Part shown: positions 50,741 to 60,600 of the stretch, one piece after another
How the letters are laid out: every line of letters starts with the position of its first letter
How positions within the stretch are numbered: position 1 is the first letter of the stretch
Assembly: GCA_017948555.1 (NCBI GenBank)
Contig: JAFMYY010000022.1
Location: forward strand, 43,006 to 107,005
Direction of reading: 5' to 3'
DNA: 64,000 bases
Source of the DNA: Cesiribacteraceae bacterium YIM B00369
GTDB taxonomy: Bacteria; Bacteroidota; Bacteroidia; Cytophagales; Cyclobacteriaceae
Program-made: the position numbers and the translations under genes
Notes under the pieces: generated by a model
What the model saw: the letters and a program-made list of their open reading frames with translations, nothing else
The model's database searches: none
What the model was told of the DNA's origin: nothing

Positions 50741-51781
50741 TTATTCAGGGCAGGAATAATATGCCTTTATCAGACCTTTTTCTTTCATTGCTTTCCAGAA
50801 TGGAGCCGGAACCTTCACCCGGGCGATATCAACATTCTCCTTTACCCTTTCCGGATTCGAGGAGCTTAAGGCAATGCTTACCACCCCCGGGGCGCACAGG
50901 CCAAACTGTACAGCAGCCTCTGCAGGTTTTACATCAAAATCCTTGCAGATTGAAAAGAATTGAGCTCTCCATTGTAATTTTTTCCTGTCCTCCTCATTTG
51001 CCGCATCCACCAGCTTATAGTCACAGTAGTCGCCGCCTGTTAAAAAGCCTCCATGAAAAACAGCAGAGTTAAATATCTGCACTACTTCTTTTTCCAACGT
51101 TTGCATAAAAGCGAAAAGGTCTTCGGGGTGGCTCATAATAGTCATACTGTTGGCAATCATCACCCAATCGAGCTTTACATCCCGGAATATTCGCTGAATA
51201 ACGGGCCATTTTTTTGCCCCCACTCCAATGGCCTGCACTTTCCCCTGCTTCTTTAGCTCCTCCAGCGCTTTGTATGCCCCTAAAATATCCTGATAGAGCT
51301 TGGCTGCCTCCGCTTCGCTCCTCGCCTGCGCCATATACTCATCAGGGTCGTGTACAGATACCAGTTGAGGAATATAGCCCTGCAGCAATTCATTTCCCTG
51401 CTCAAAGCATTCCATAATACCTTCGTAACTTATTTTCTGAACGGCATCATGCTTCAGCTCACGCCATACCCCCTTTTCGAATGTTGGCTCCGGGGTTTTA
51501 AGCGCTGTACGTACCCAGCCCAGTTTATTGCTGATGATTACCTCATCCTGCTTTACCCCCAACTCTTTCAGGCTCTTTCCTAAAGCTTCCAGCGCAAGCC
51601 CCGCCCCATATTTTCCTGCAGAATCAAACACTGCCGGTTTAGGGGAGTGAAGCACATGCTGCCTCACAATTTCCTGCTTCACCTTTTCATCAAGGGCTAC
51701 ATAGAGGTTTCCTAAACCACTGGTACCATAAATAACCGGTGGCATTTTTAATTCTTTTAGGTTTGTTTGATTTCCTGACAT
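50741..51781 (-). CDS. aldo/keto reductase (candidate L-fucose / D-threo-aldose 1-dehydrogenase)
   Basis: AKR TIM-barrel motifs (IYGTSGLGN); position in a fucose cluster. Confidence 0.75.
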   Translation of the reverse strand: MSGNQTNLKELKMPPVIYGTSGLGNLYVALDEKVKQEIVRQHVLHSPKPAVFDSAGKYGAGLALEALGKSLKELGVKQDEVIISNKLGWVRTALKTPEPTFEKGVWRELKHDAVQKISYEGIMECFEQGNELLQGYIPQLVSVHDPDEYMAQARSEAEAAKLYQDILGAYKALEELKKQGKVQAIGVGAKKWPVIQRIFRDVKLDWVMIANSMTIMSHPEDLFAFMQTLEKEVVQIFNSAVFHGGFLTGGDYCDYKLVDAANEEDRKKLQWRAQFFSICKDFDVKPAEAAVQFGLCAPGVVSIALSSSNPERVKENVDIARVKVPAPFWKAMKEKGLIKAYYSCPE

Positions 51782-52194
51782 CAGAAGAAATTAATCACTA
51801 GGAATTTACAAAAAAATAGCTGGTGCTCTATTCCAACAATTGCCCAAAATAAGAAAATAATGCGAAAGAACAATAAGTTTTTTTTCTACCCTTTCACAAA
51901 AAACCAAAATAAAACGCAAAAAAACCAAAGGAAACAGCTTCCATAGCGGGAAGAATTCGAAAGTTAAGAAAAGGACTGTTATCCTTTTTCCAGAAGGCAG
52001 GCGATATCAACAGCATTAAAAGTCCACTATGCCTCAATTTAAATTTTCAGATCCGGTCCAAAATCATTATCAGTTAAAAATGACAATCAGTAAAGGTAAT
52101 TTCTGCAGCAAAAACAAAAGTCTCAACGCCCGTAAAAAATCAGAACCCCTGCATAGCACAAACCACAGCTAAACCAAGGGCCGGAAAGCCTGAA

Positions 52195-52230
52195 ACAAAA
52201 AAAACCCGGCTGTTACACCGGGTTTTTTCA
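52195..52230. terminator. bidirectional terminator downstream of the yciE-like gene
   Basis: AAAAAAAA-ACCCGG-CTGTTACA-CCGGGT-TTTTTT. Confidence 0.6.
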
Positions 52231-52255
52231 TTAGTATAGAATGCTAAATCTATAA

Positions 52256-52756
52256 TTACTTCTGCGCTTTTTCATTTACGCTGTCGATCGCAATTTTATT
52301 CAGTTTCTCGTCAGCAGCCTTTTCTTCATTCAGGGTTTCTTCCAGAAGACCAGCTACTTCGTCAAGTCCTAAACGCTTTGCGTAATGGTGAGCAGTACCA
52401 TAGCCTGCCATTTCATAATGCTCCACGCGCTGAGCTGCGGCAATTAAGCCGGCATCTTTCACGTCGCTTTCGGCATCCATCTTCAGCATTTCTTCACCTT
52501 CTTTAATAAGGCCTGCCATTGCTTCGCACTTCTCGCCTTTTACGCTTATGTTGCAAATTTCGCCAATTTTTTCAATGCGCTCTTTTTGCTTTTTGGTTTC
52601 TTCCAGGTGAGACTCAAAAGCTTTTTTCAATTTGCTGTCACTTGCTTTTTCAGCCATTTTTGGAAGAGCTTCAGACAACTGGGTTTCAGCGCTATATAGG
52701 TCTTTTATTTCGTGTTCAAAAAGATCTTTTAATGATTTTAATTTATCACTAGCCAT
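52256..52756 (-). CDS. YciE/YciF-family ferritin-like stress protein (DUF892)
   Basis: LKDLFEHEIKDLYSAETQ...EHYEMAGYGT pattern of DUF892. Confidence 0.8.
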   Translation of the reverse strand: MASDKLKSLKDLFEHEIKDLYSAETQLSEALPKMAEKASDSKLKKAFESHLEETKKQKERIEKIGEICNISVKGEKCEAMAGLIKEGEEMLKMDAESDVKDAGLIAAAQRVEHYEMAGYGTAHHYAKRLGLDEVAGLLEETLNEEKAADEKLNKIAIDSVNEKAQK

Positions 52757-52967
52757 AATATTTTGGTTTTAATGGTTAAAAAAATATTGTTGCATTATTT
52801 CCACAACACCTCATTATACTCGCTTAGCGATTGTAAGGTTTCCCCTAACTATTCTTTTTATTAAAAACCTTTAAATTTCTGCAAATCACAACATTACATT
52901 AACTTTTTCTTAAACTTCACATCGATTATATCCTTTATATAGTTACCGTTTACCTATATGACAAAAA

Positions 52968-55900
52968 CTATATCCCGCGCACCTCATCCACAGAGGGTGT
53001 TTCTCCGTTCAAACGATACAACTGCTTATCTGACAAGGCACTCCTGATCCCGTATAAGGCGTGGCTTACATTCTCAATCTGGGCCAGCATCTGCGCCATA
53101 TTATTTCCCCCGAAAGCTTTTGCCTTCTGGCTTTTTTGAAAGATGGCCTTAATTTCTTCCCAGCGCATTTTTTCCTTTTCACTTATTCTGCCTGTCAGCT
53201 CTTTAAACTTCAACAGGTTGGCCTCTGCTCCGGTGGTAAGGGTTTGGGATTCCCCTTCATAATGCGAAAGAATGAGCGTTTCCAGCTCCTTTTCATTCAT
53301 TACCGGCATTACCTTTTCGGCCAGCTTGCTCATGTTTCTGTACGATCCCTGCAGCTTAAAAGGAGGCTCTGTCCGGTATTCCTCTGCCTGGGCGGCAGAA
53401 GCGATATAGGCAAGGTTCACCTCCAGCACCACATCCCTGATCTTCAACAGCTTTTCTAAAATACTTATGTACTCATTAATTTCCTGCGGAGAATGATTGG
53501 CCTCAAATTCCATTCCTTCGCGCGAACCGGTTTCAGCAACCTTTACAAGGGTAATTACATCCTTCTGGCTCTTCCCTGCCAGCCTGGCAAGGGTGGCATT
53601 CGAGGTAAGGCAGTTTTCAATATAGCTCAGCTTAAACACCTCTGCACTGTCGCCAATAATATCGCCCAAGTTATAAATATCGGCACGGTTGGCAAGCATA
53701 TCCGGTATCTGAAACTTATCACCGCTTTCGGTGTAGGGATTACCCGCCATTACCACGCACACTTTCCTGCCACGGAAATCGTAGGTTTTGCTGCGGCCTT
53801 TATAAATACCTTCTATCTTCCGCTGCCCATCGCAAAGGGAGATAAACTTCTGCAGGAATTCCGGATTACAGTGCTGGATATCGTCCAGGTAGATCATCAC
53901 ATTGTCGCCCATTTCAAAAGCCAGATTCAGCTTTTCCAGCTCCTGCCTGGCACCTGAGTTTTTGGCATCCGCCGGATCCACCGCCGTTACATCGTGCCCT
54001 ATGGCGGGTCCGTTGATCTTCATAAACACCAGCCCCAGCCTGTCGGCTATGTACTCCATAAGAGTGGTTTTACCATAGCCCGGAGGGGAGATCAGCAGCA
54101 ACATACCCATAAGGTCTGTGCGCTTGTTTTCGCCTGCTGTACCCATTTGCTTGGCCAGGTTATTGCCTATAAGCGGAAGGTACACCTTGTCTATTAACTG
54201 ATTACGAACAAAGCTGCTCATTACCCGTGGCTTAAACTCCTCCAGCCGCAGGTCCTGCGCAAAACGGCTGGTAAGTTCTTTCTTCAGCGCTGTAAATGCC
54301 AGGTTTGCCGGCACGGTTACCTGCTCAAAGTGCTGCAGGCGGGCCATAAACTCATTAAAGCGAAGTGTATACTGTTTATTCTCTATCAGGCCATGGGTTC
54401 CCTGCAAGCCTTTTAGCTCCTCCTGCAAATGAGCCTGCATTACCTGCCCATCCTGGTAACCGCCCGCCAGCAGCCACACCGCTGTTTCATCTATCCACCC
54501 CAGCTGCTCAGGATGCCCTGCCGCATAGGCACGCAGCCAGCTTCTAGTCAGCTTATATGCATGCACAGGACTGTCTTTCAAGGCCTTAACAGACTGTTCA
54601 TACTCCTTCCAGGCTCCTTTTTTTTCCAGGTGTTTCGCAAAGGCCTGGTATAAAGTGCCCGCCGCTCCTGCCACCACAAAAGCCGCTGATTTTGCAAGGG
54701 AGTGGAACAGAAAGGCTGCCGCTTCCGCTGCTAACTCCGGAGAGAAGAGGCGGGTATCGGCTATATATTCCAGAATTGCTGTTTTCAGCTCTTCCTGAAT
54801 TCCTTCAAACTCTTTTGTTTCCGGAAAAACCTGCAGAATATAACCGGCACCTTTTAACTGGTGCTCCAGACTCTTTTTCTGCTCCGGATGGGCAAAATGC
54901 TGCCAGAACATCATGGCACAGGAGCGGGCTTCGCTGCCGTAGCGCAAAAGCCCTGCTGTTTGCCTGATCTGCAACAGCACCTGCAGGATAAGGGTGGCAT
55001 CTGCGTCGTGCACTCCTTTAACATAACCTTCGTTATAGCGGGTGGCCATAAACTGCTGTACATACTGCCTCAGCTCATCGGCAGTCTTTTTTTGCAGATC
55101 AGCCAGGGAAGTCTCTCCCCCGGCTGCCGTTTCCGCAGCCTGTAATATTTTATAGGCAAGGTACTCTCCCCTGTATACCTGCTGATTTTCAGAGATCAGG
55201 GACTGATCCCACACCCCTCGCAGACTGTTGAGGGAAGGATCATTTATTTCCTCAAAAAACCCGGTTCCTGCCAGGTGAAAGTATAGTGCATCATTACGTT
55301 GCACCAGACTCAGCGCCAGTGGCTGTGTATTTACAGTAAACAGATGTGTACCGAAGCGAATAGTGTTTTCACCGGCAACGTACAGCTCATTTTTATCTTT
55401 CAGCTGCCGTACGGCATCTTCCTTAATGGTCTTTAGCTTGCTCTGTATATCATCGGCTTTTACCGAATCGCCCAGCTCCTTCAGTTCCTGTACAAGGCTG
55501 CGGAGCTTTTCTATCATCAGGTCGGCTGCAAAATACCCGTTTATCTCACTTACTTCCGTAAAGCGGACAAGGCGGTTTTGCACCGCTTTAAGTATGCGCT
55601 CCGCTGCCTGCTGCAGGGTGTTAGCCCGCTTGTTACGCGCCTCGGTAAGGCTTAGTTTGCGCGATTCAAAGGCATTATAAATCTCATCTCTTTTTATGGA
55701 AAGCTGGTCTACATACTCATCAAACTCAGAGAAGCGCCCTTCCAGCTCTTCCAGCTGCACCATCAGTTTGGTAAGGTATTCATCTGTTTTTTCAGGAGTA
55801 TCGCAAACATCCAGGTAGTTAATTACACCCTGATCCACCAGCTTAATCTGTGCATTGAACTCCGCCTTGCCTTCCACCAGCATCAGCTCCCTGCGCTTCC

Positions 55901-57896
55901 GCTTTATACCTGCTTTCAGCTGATTAAAGTGGGCATAAATAGCCGATATATTATCGATGATACGGGTGGTTTCTGTAGCATCCTCAATCTTAAGGTTACT
56001 TACAATTTCAATGAGCATTTCCAGCTCTCCCGAAAGTTTGGTCGCCTGCTCATCCAGCTCATTAATGCGGCTCACTTTGGCCGCTTCCTCAATGGCTTTT
56101 TCAAGCTCTTTTACCTTTTCCTGGTAAGGCTTCAGCGCATCATCGCGCAGCAGGAATTTCACACAGTTTGCCGACACCTCCCGGCTGAACTTCTGCAGCT
56201 CTTTTTCATACTGCCCGATAGCTTCAGTATCGGCATAGCGCAAATCCTTCAGGGAAATTACCGCTCCGCTCAGCCTCCTCAGCTCTGCCAGAGATGCCAC
56301 AAAGTCCAGTATATGTTCGGCTTTCCTGCGCCTGATCTTCTTTATCAGCTCGTCTGCCTCTCCTAAAACCTGCCCCGTCTGCCGTTTTGTATTTTCCCGT
56401 ATGCTGTTTACTTTTTCAAACTCATCCACCGCAGCGGAGGCGGTATGCCTGATATCCCGAAGGGGCTCCTCCAAGGCGGCATCCTGGTGCTTGAGCCAAT
56501 GGTAATGGTCGAGCAGAGCAGTACTGTTACTTATAAGGTCGTGGTAAAGGTCAGCATAGGAATCGCCTTTATTGATGAGGTTCAGCAGCTCCCTCGACTC
56601 GGCAATGGCGCGCACAATTTCGCGGTTGCCTATTTTATAGAGGTAAGAGTCGCTGGTTTGCGCCAGCTGGAAGTTTGTGCCGGTAAAAGGGGTTTGCCAG
56701 ATCTGCACAGCATGGTGCTTTGCCGCTTCCTTGTCGCCGCGGAAAAAGCACATTTCACCGTTTTCGAAAATTGAATAGCCGTGGCAATATATAGGAGTGC
56801 CAATTTGCTGCTCAATCAGATTATACGACAGCAACAGGTAAAGCCCCTTCACACGGTTATAAAATACATACAGGTAATCCTCCCCGTTAGGGCTGGCAAT
56901 GCGCTTTTCAAACAACAGGCTACTGGTAACTTGCTCAAAAAGCTTGTATTCGCCTGTTTGCAGGTAGTATCCGTTCGGAAATAAAACTCCCTGATCGTCG
57001 GGAAGCAGCACACAGGCATCCTTAAGGGCATCGACCCGGCGAACAGCCTGAATTTTTGCATTATACACCAGGTAACGATAAGCCTCTTCCTGGTAAGGCT
57101 TTATTTTCAGCAGCACCAGGTTGCCTACAAAGGCATACTGAATATCGGCATCGTCGAGGGTCTGGTCTTTATTCTCCACTGCTTCGGAATAAATCCCCTG
57201 CCCTTCCTGAGTATTGTCTTCTATCTTGATAGTAAGGTCGCCGCCCACTGTTTCCACAAAAAGCCGGTCTTCGATACTAATGTGGGGGTAAGTTCCCTGC
57301 CGGTGCATATCGCGGGTAGCCCTTTTCCAGCGGAATTCATGCTGATCAGGAAAACCAAACTCATGTTCACTGCGGTTGTCGAGATAGCGAAGCCGGCTTC
57401 CTTCCACCAGCCACTTAAATACTTTTATATCAGTGAGGCTTTTGCCAATCCGGAAAACCATGTAAAGATGCGGCCCCACAAGAGCGAACTTTACAAAGTG
57501 GGTATCTTTATAATACTTGTATAGCTTCTGAAAATCATCCTGAAAGGTTTTGTCGTCCAGCAGCCCATATTCTTCCTGGAAAAATGTATGGTCTTCATAC
57601 CTGTAAATACTGAAAACATCGGGCAGCTCTGCCTGTGCTTTAAGGCCCAGGTGTACGTTGTAACCGAATATAAAGCTGTTAGCTACCGGAATCATATCCT
57701 GCGGCACGCAATTGTGCTCCGTGCTGATGCGCTCCGTAGCAAGCAATTTGCTCTCAATGGAGCCGAACACTTCCTTACGGCTGTTATTCAGCCCTTCAAT
57801 TTTTGCAGCCAGTTCCTTCGCAGCTTTTTGAAGCCTGCCCTGAAGAATTTCGTAAGTACCTGTCTCCAGCTGTTGTTTATTTATATCTTCACTCAT
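52968..57896 (-). CDS. giant (1642 aa) coiled-coil protein with a single C-terminal MoxR/AAA_5-type AAA+ ATPase domain
   Basis: Residues about 1-430 beta-rich, about 430-800 coiled coil, about 800-1230 alpha-helical. ATPase at about 1250-1450: Walker A ISPPGYGKTT, Walker B and arginine region MIYLDDIQHCNPEFLQKFISLCDGQRKIEG (MoxR DEINRA...LLEAM equivalent), sensor region VMAGNPYTESGDKFQIPDMLANRAD (MoxR ATQNP...LDRF equivalent). No second P-loop. Confidence 0.85.
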   Translation of the reverse strand: MSEDINKQQLETGTYEILQGRLQKAAKELAAKIEGLNNSRKEVFGSIESKLLATERISTEHNCVPQDMIPVANSFIFGYNVHLGLKAQAELPDVFSIYRYEDHTFFQEEYGLLDDKTFQDDFQKLYKYYKDTHFVKFALVGPHLYMVFRIGKSLTDIKVFKWLVEGSRLRYLDNRSEHEFGFPDQHEFRWKRATRDMHRQGTYPHISIEDRLFVETVGGDLTIKIEDNTQEGQGIYSEAVENKDQTLDDADIQYAFVGNLVLLKIKPYQEEAYRYLVYNAKIQAVRRVDALKDACVLLPDDQGVLFPNGYYLQTGEYKLFEQVTSSLLFEKRIASPNGEDYLYVFYNRVKGLYLLLSYNLIEQQIGTPIYCHGYSIFENGEMCFFRGDKEAAKHHAVQIWQTPFTGTNFQLAQTSDSYLYKIGNREIVRAIAESRELLNLINKGDSYADLYHDLISNSTALLDHYHWLKHQDAALEEPLRDIRHTASAAVDEFEKVNSIRENTKRQTGQVLGEADELIKKIRRRKAEHILDFVASLAELRRLSGAVISLKDLRYADTEAIGQYEKELQKFSREVSANCVKFLLRDDALKPYQEKVKELEKAIEEAAKVSRINELDEQATKLSGELEMLIEIVSNLKIEDATETTRIIDNISAIYAHFNQLKAGIKRKRRELMLVEGKAEFNAQIKLVDQGVINYLDVCDTPEKTDEYLTKLMVQLEELEGRFSEFDEYVDQLSIKRDEIYNAFESRKLSLTEARNKRANTLQQAAERILKAVQNRLVRFTEVSEINGYFAADLMIEKLRSLVQELKELGDSVKADDIQSKLKTIKEDAVRQLKDKNELYVAGENTIRFGTHLFTVNTQPLALSLVQRNDALYFHLAGTGFFEEINDPSLNSLRGVWDQSLISENQQVYRGEYLAYKILQAAETAAGGETSLADLQKKTADELRQYVQQFMATRYNEGYVKGVHDADATLILQVLLQIRQTAGLLRYGSEARSCAMMFWQHFAHPEQKKSLEHQLKGAGYILQVFPETKEFEGIQEELKTAILEYIADTRLFSPELAAEAAAFLFHSLAKSAAFVVAGAAGTLYQAFAKHLEKKGAWKEYEQSVKALKDSPVHAYKLTRSWLRAYAAGHPEQLGWIDETAVWLLAGGYQDGQVMQAHLQEELKGLQGTHGLIENKQYTLRFNEFMARLQHFEQVTVPANLAFTALKKELTSRFAQDLRLEEFKPRVMSSFVRNQLIDKVYLPLIGNNLAKQMGTAGENKRTDLMGMLLLISPPGYGKTTLMEYIADRLGLVFMKINGPAIGHDVTAVDPADAKNSGARQELEKLNLAFEMGDNVMIYLDDIQHCNPEFLQKFISLCDGQRKIEGIYKGRSKTYDFRGRKVCVVMAGNPYTESGDKFQIPDMLANRADIYNLGDIIGDSAEVFKLSYIENCLTSNATLARLAGKSQKDVITLVKVAETGSREGMEFEANHSPQEINEYISILEKLLKIRDVVLEVNLAYIASAAQAEEYRTEPPFKLQGSYRNMSKLAEKVMPVMNEKELETLILSHYEGESQTLTTGAEANLLKFKELTGRISEKEKMRWEEIKAIFQKSQKAKAFGGNNMAQMLAQIENVSHALYGIRSALSDKQLYRLNGETPSVDEVRGI

Positions 57897-58210
57897 CAGA
57901 TGCTTTTTTTAGAATAATCGGCTGTTCCTAAAGCCAATATTATAAAGACCAGGAGGCTGCCTGCCGCAAAAGCAAGCGCAGCCCAAATAATCTGTCCTGT
58001 CATTAACCCTGCTACTCCGCAAATGGCCTGTAAAACAGCCATTACCATCAGGTTTGTTCCTGCCCAGCGGGCAAGTCCTGGCTTATCGGTGGTGGCTTCG
58101 GCATTATAGACTACCAAAACCTCCAGCTTTTGCCGGTACCGCACAATACAGCCTGCCCATAAAACCAGGCAGCTTACCAGCAACAAAAAGATTAATAATG
58201 CTGTGTGCAT
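57896..58210 (-). CDS. 3-TM mini-membrane protein translationally coupled to the giant ATPase gene
   Basis: 104 aa with three hydrophobic helices; its stop TGA overlaps the ATG of the downstream giant gene (TGATG). Confidence 0.55.
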   Translation of the reverse strand: MHTALLIFLLLVSCLVLWAGCIVRYRQKLEVLVVYNAEATTDKPGLARWAGTNLMVMAVLQAICGVAGLMTGQIIWAALAFAAGSLLVFIILALGTADYSKKSI

Positions 58211-58249
58211 GAAAAAATTGTTTTTCTTTAGATGTTAGATATGAAACAA

Positions 58250-58410
58250 GATTCAAGAACCAGGAGTCAAGAGTCAAGACAATAGACTTTAGATAATGGA
58301 CAAAGAAGGAGTAGTGAGTGAGTAAATGAATGACAGACTGAAAATGAAATTAAAAAAAACAAGTCCAATTTTCAATTCTATCATTCTATCATTCCATCAC
58401 CCACCCACTC
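58250..58410. repeat. degenerate heptanucleotide tandem-repeat element (copy B)
   Basis: GAGTCAA GAGTCAA GACAATA GACTTTA GATAATG GACAAAG AAGGAGT AGTGAGT GAGTAAA TGAATGA CAGACTG AAAATGA ... then ATTCTATC ATTCTATC ATTCCATC ACCCACCCACTCC. Confidence 0.6.
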
Positions 58411-58417
58411 CTTAAAT

Positions 58418-60559
58418 TTACTTCTCCAGCATTTCAATCGTTTTGTCCGAAACGCCTATGGTAGTGGCAAGGCTGCTCAGGTTTTGCAGACTCAGACGGG
58501 TTTGCTCATTAGTGGTGCTGTTGATCATTTTCACCAGCAGTGCTGAGATGCTCAGGTTGCGGATATCTTCAGTTGTAAGGCCGAATTTATCTACAAAATC
58601 CTTCAGCTGGCTTTTAAAATCAGTACCTCCGTTTGGACTGAAGAAGGTATTCTTCATATCCGTGAGAGTAGGGCTTTTGCTTACCATACCGTCTATGGCT
58701 TTTCCTTTGGCTATGGAACCAACAATCTGGTTAAAGAACATGGTTTCCCCACCTATTATATCAATATTAGATGCCTTCAGTGCTTCTGCAATAACAAGGG
58801 CCTGGGCGTCGGCAATATCCTTCTGGATTCCGATATTGGCCATTTCAATTTCCTTGTCCTTGTTCAGGCGCAGCTTAAACTCTTCGTGGTCTTTGCCTGG
58901 TCCGTCGAGCTTGCTCATGGCAGCTGCTTTCTCGCCTATTCCTTTTGCTTCGGCAGCAAACTTCTGCTCCATTACACGTGCTTCGGCAGCACCCTGTATT
59001 TCAATAGCTTCGGCTTTGGCACGGATAATTGCTGCTTCAGCTTCACCCAGTTTTACATCGGCATCGGCTTTGGCAAGGCCTTTCACCCTGATTGCCTTAG
59101 CTTCTGCATCTGCTGTATCTTCAATAACACTGGCTTCGGCTTCACCCTGCTTGCTTAAGGCGGCAGCTTTGGCTTCCATTACCTGTGCTTCACTTATACC
59201 AAGTGCCGCTTCTTTCGCAGCTTCGGCCTGTGCCATAATCTTGATGGCTTCAGCTTTCATATCGGCACTGTTGCGCTCGGCTTCTGCATCTATCATCATT
59301 TGCTTCGAGCGGAATTCAGCAGCATCACGTGCAGCCTCTGCAGACTTGATCTGTTTCACCAGGCTCTCCTCAGCTTCCCTTTCGGCATTAATAATGGCCA
59401 CCCGCTTCACGCGCTCAGCCTCAGCATGTGCTTTGGTGTCTTTAATGCGCTCTTCCTCTTCAACCGTTCCTTTCTCCACAATAACCCGCTCACGAATTAC
59501 TTCCTGTATATTCTTACGTTCTTCTTCCAGTGCTTTCTCTTTCTCGATCTGAGCAAGTGAAACTATTCTGTCGCGCTCATTTGCTTCGAGTCCGCGGGCC
59601 TGCTCCACGCGCTCCTGCTCAATGGCATCGGTTTTCTCCTTATTGCGCATGGCCACCAGTATCTGGCGTTCCTTATTCTGCTCCGCTATTTCAATTTGTT
59701 CCTCTGCAGCTATGCGTGCATTCTCAGACTTCAGGCGCTCCTCAGAACGAACCTTTTCAATTTCAGCAGCCTCTTTTGCTTTAATGCTCTGGATTTCGCG
59801 GTACTGCTTTTCTTCACTTTCGGCCAGCTGGCGGTCAAGTGCCAGTATGGTTTCACGGGCTTCCACATCCTGCTTCTTCAGCGTTTTTTCCTTCTCCCGC
59901 TCAATCAGGTTCGCTTCCATTTTCTGCTTCGCCGTAAGATCTATGATCTTTTTCATACCTTCGGAGTCCAGAATATTGCTTTCGTTCAGGAACTCCAGCG
60001 GCGTTTGCTCCAGGTAATCAATGGCGCAGTCATCGAGAATATAACCGTTCAGGTCAGTTCCTATAATCTGCAGAATTTCGTCTTTAAACTCCTTACGGTT
60101 GGTATATAAGTCAACAAAATCAAAGCCTTTCCCTACCGCTTTCAGTGCTTCTGAAAACTTGGCATCGAACAGCAATTCCATTTGCTGAGGATCGGAAGCA
60201 CGCTTACAGCCTATACTCTGAGCTACCGTCATTACATCCTCTTTCGTCTGGCTTACCCGCACGAAAAAGGTTACTTTAATGTCTGCCCGCATATTGTCGC
60301 GGCAAATAAGACCTTCTTTACCTGTGCGGCTGATCATAATGGTTTTTACAGTAATATCCATTACTTCGAGCTGCTGAATTACAGGAATGACCATAATTCC
60401 GCTAAAAGATACCTTTGGCCCGCCCATGCCGGTTATTACCAGCGCCTGACCCTGCTCCGCCTTCCGGTAGAGCTTAGCGATAAATATCGCTATGGCAAAC
60501 AGGACCCCTATAAGGATCAGTCCGCCCATTAACAATGCATTTCCTGCTATGCTTTCCAT
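58418..60559 (-). CDS. flotillin-family SPFH protein (YqiK-like) with long Ala/Glu/Lys coiled-coil region
   Basis: N-terminal TM, SPFH/band-7 domain, about 300-aa EA-repeat coiled coil, flotillin C-terminal domain. Confidence 0.9.
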   Translation of the reverse strand: MESIAGNALLMGGLILIGVLFAIAIFIAKLYRKAEQGQALVITGMGGPKVSFSGIMVIPVIQQLEVMDITVKTIMISRTGKEGLICRDNMRADIKVTFFVRVSQTKEDVMTVAQSIGCKRASDPQQMELLFDAKFSEALKAVGKGFDFVDLYTNRKEFKDEILQIIGTDLNGYILDDCAIDYLEQTPLEFLNESNILDSEGMKKIIDLTAKQKMEANLIEREKEKTLKKQDVEARETILALDRQLAESEEKQYREIQSIKAKEAAEIEKVRSEERLKSENARIAAEEQIEIAEQNKERQILVAMRNKEKTDAIEQERVEQARGLEANERDRIVSLAQIEKEKALEEERKNIQEVIRERVIVEKGTVEEEERIKDTKAHAEAERVKRVAIINAEREAEESLVKQIKSAEAARDAAEFRSKQMMIDAEAERNSADMKAEAIKIMAQAEAAKEAALGISEAQVMEAKAAALSKQGEAEASVIEDTADAEAKAIRVKGLAKADADVKLGEAEAAIIRAKAEAIEIQGAAEARVMEQKFAAEAKGIGEKAAAMSKLDGPGKDHEEFKLRLNKDKEIEMANIGIQKDIADAQALVIAEALKASNIDIIGGETMFFNQIVGSIAKGKAIDGMVSKSPTLTDMKNTFFSPNGGTDFKSQLKDFVDKFGLTTEDIRNLSISALLVKMINSTTNEQTRLSLQNLSSLATTIGVSDKTIEMLEK

Positions 60560-60600
60560 AATTAAAGGTTTATGATGAATTGGTTAAAGATTTTGTTATT

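Noticed and set aside
53061-57917. Series of 60-154-aa plus-strand ORFs
   Set aside because: All antisense within the 1642-aa gene; none has motifs or a plausible start.
58443-59552. 369-aa plus-strand ORF rich in Ala/Ser/Leu
   Set aside because: Antisense to the flotillin coiled-coil region (GAA/GCN-rich codons give open low-complexity frames on the opposite strand); no motifs.
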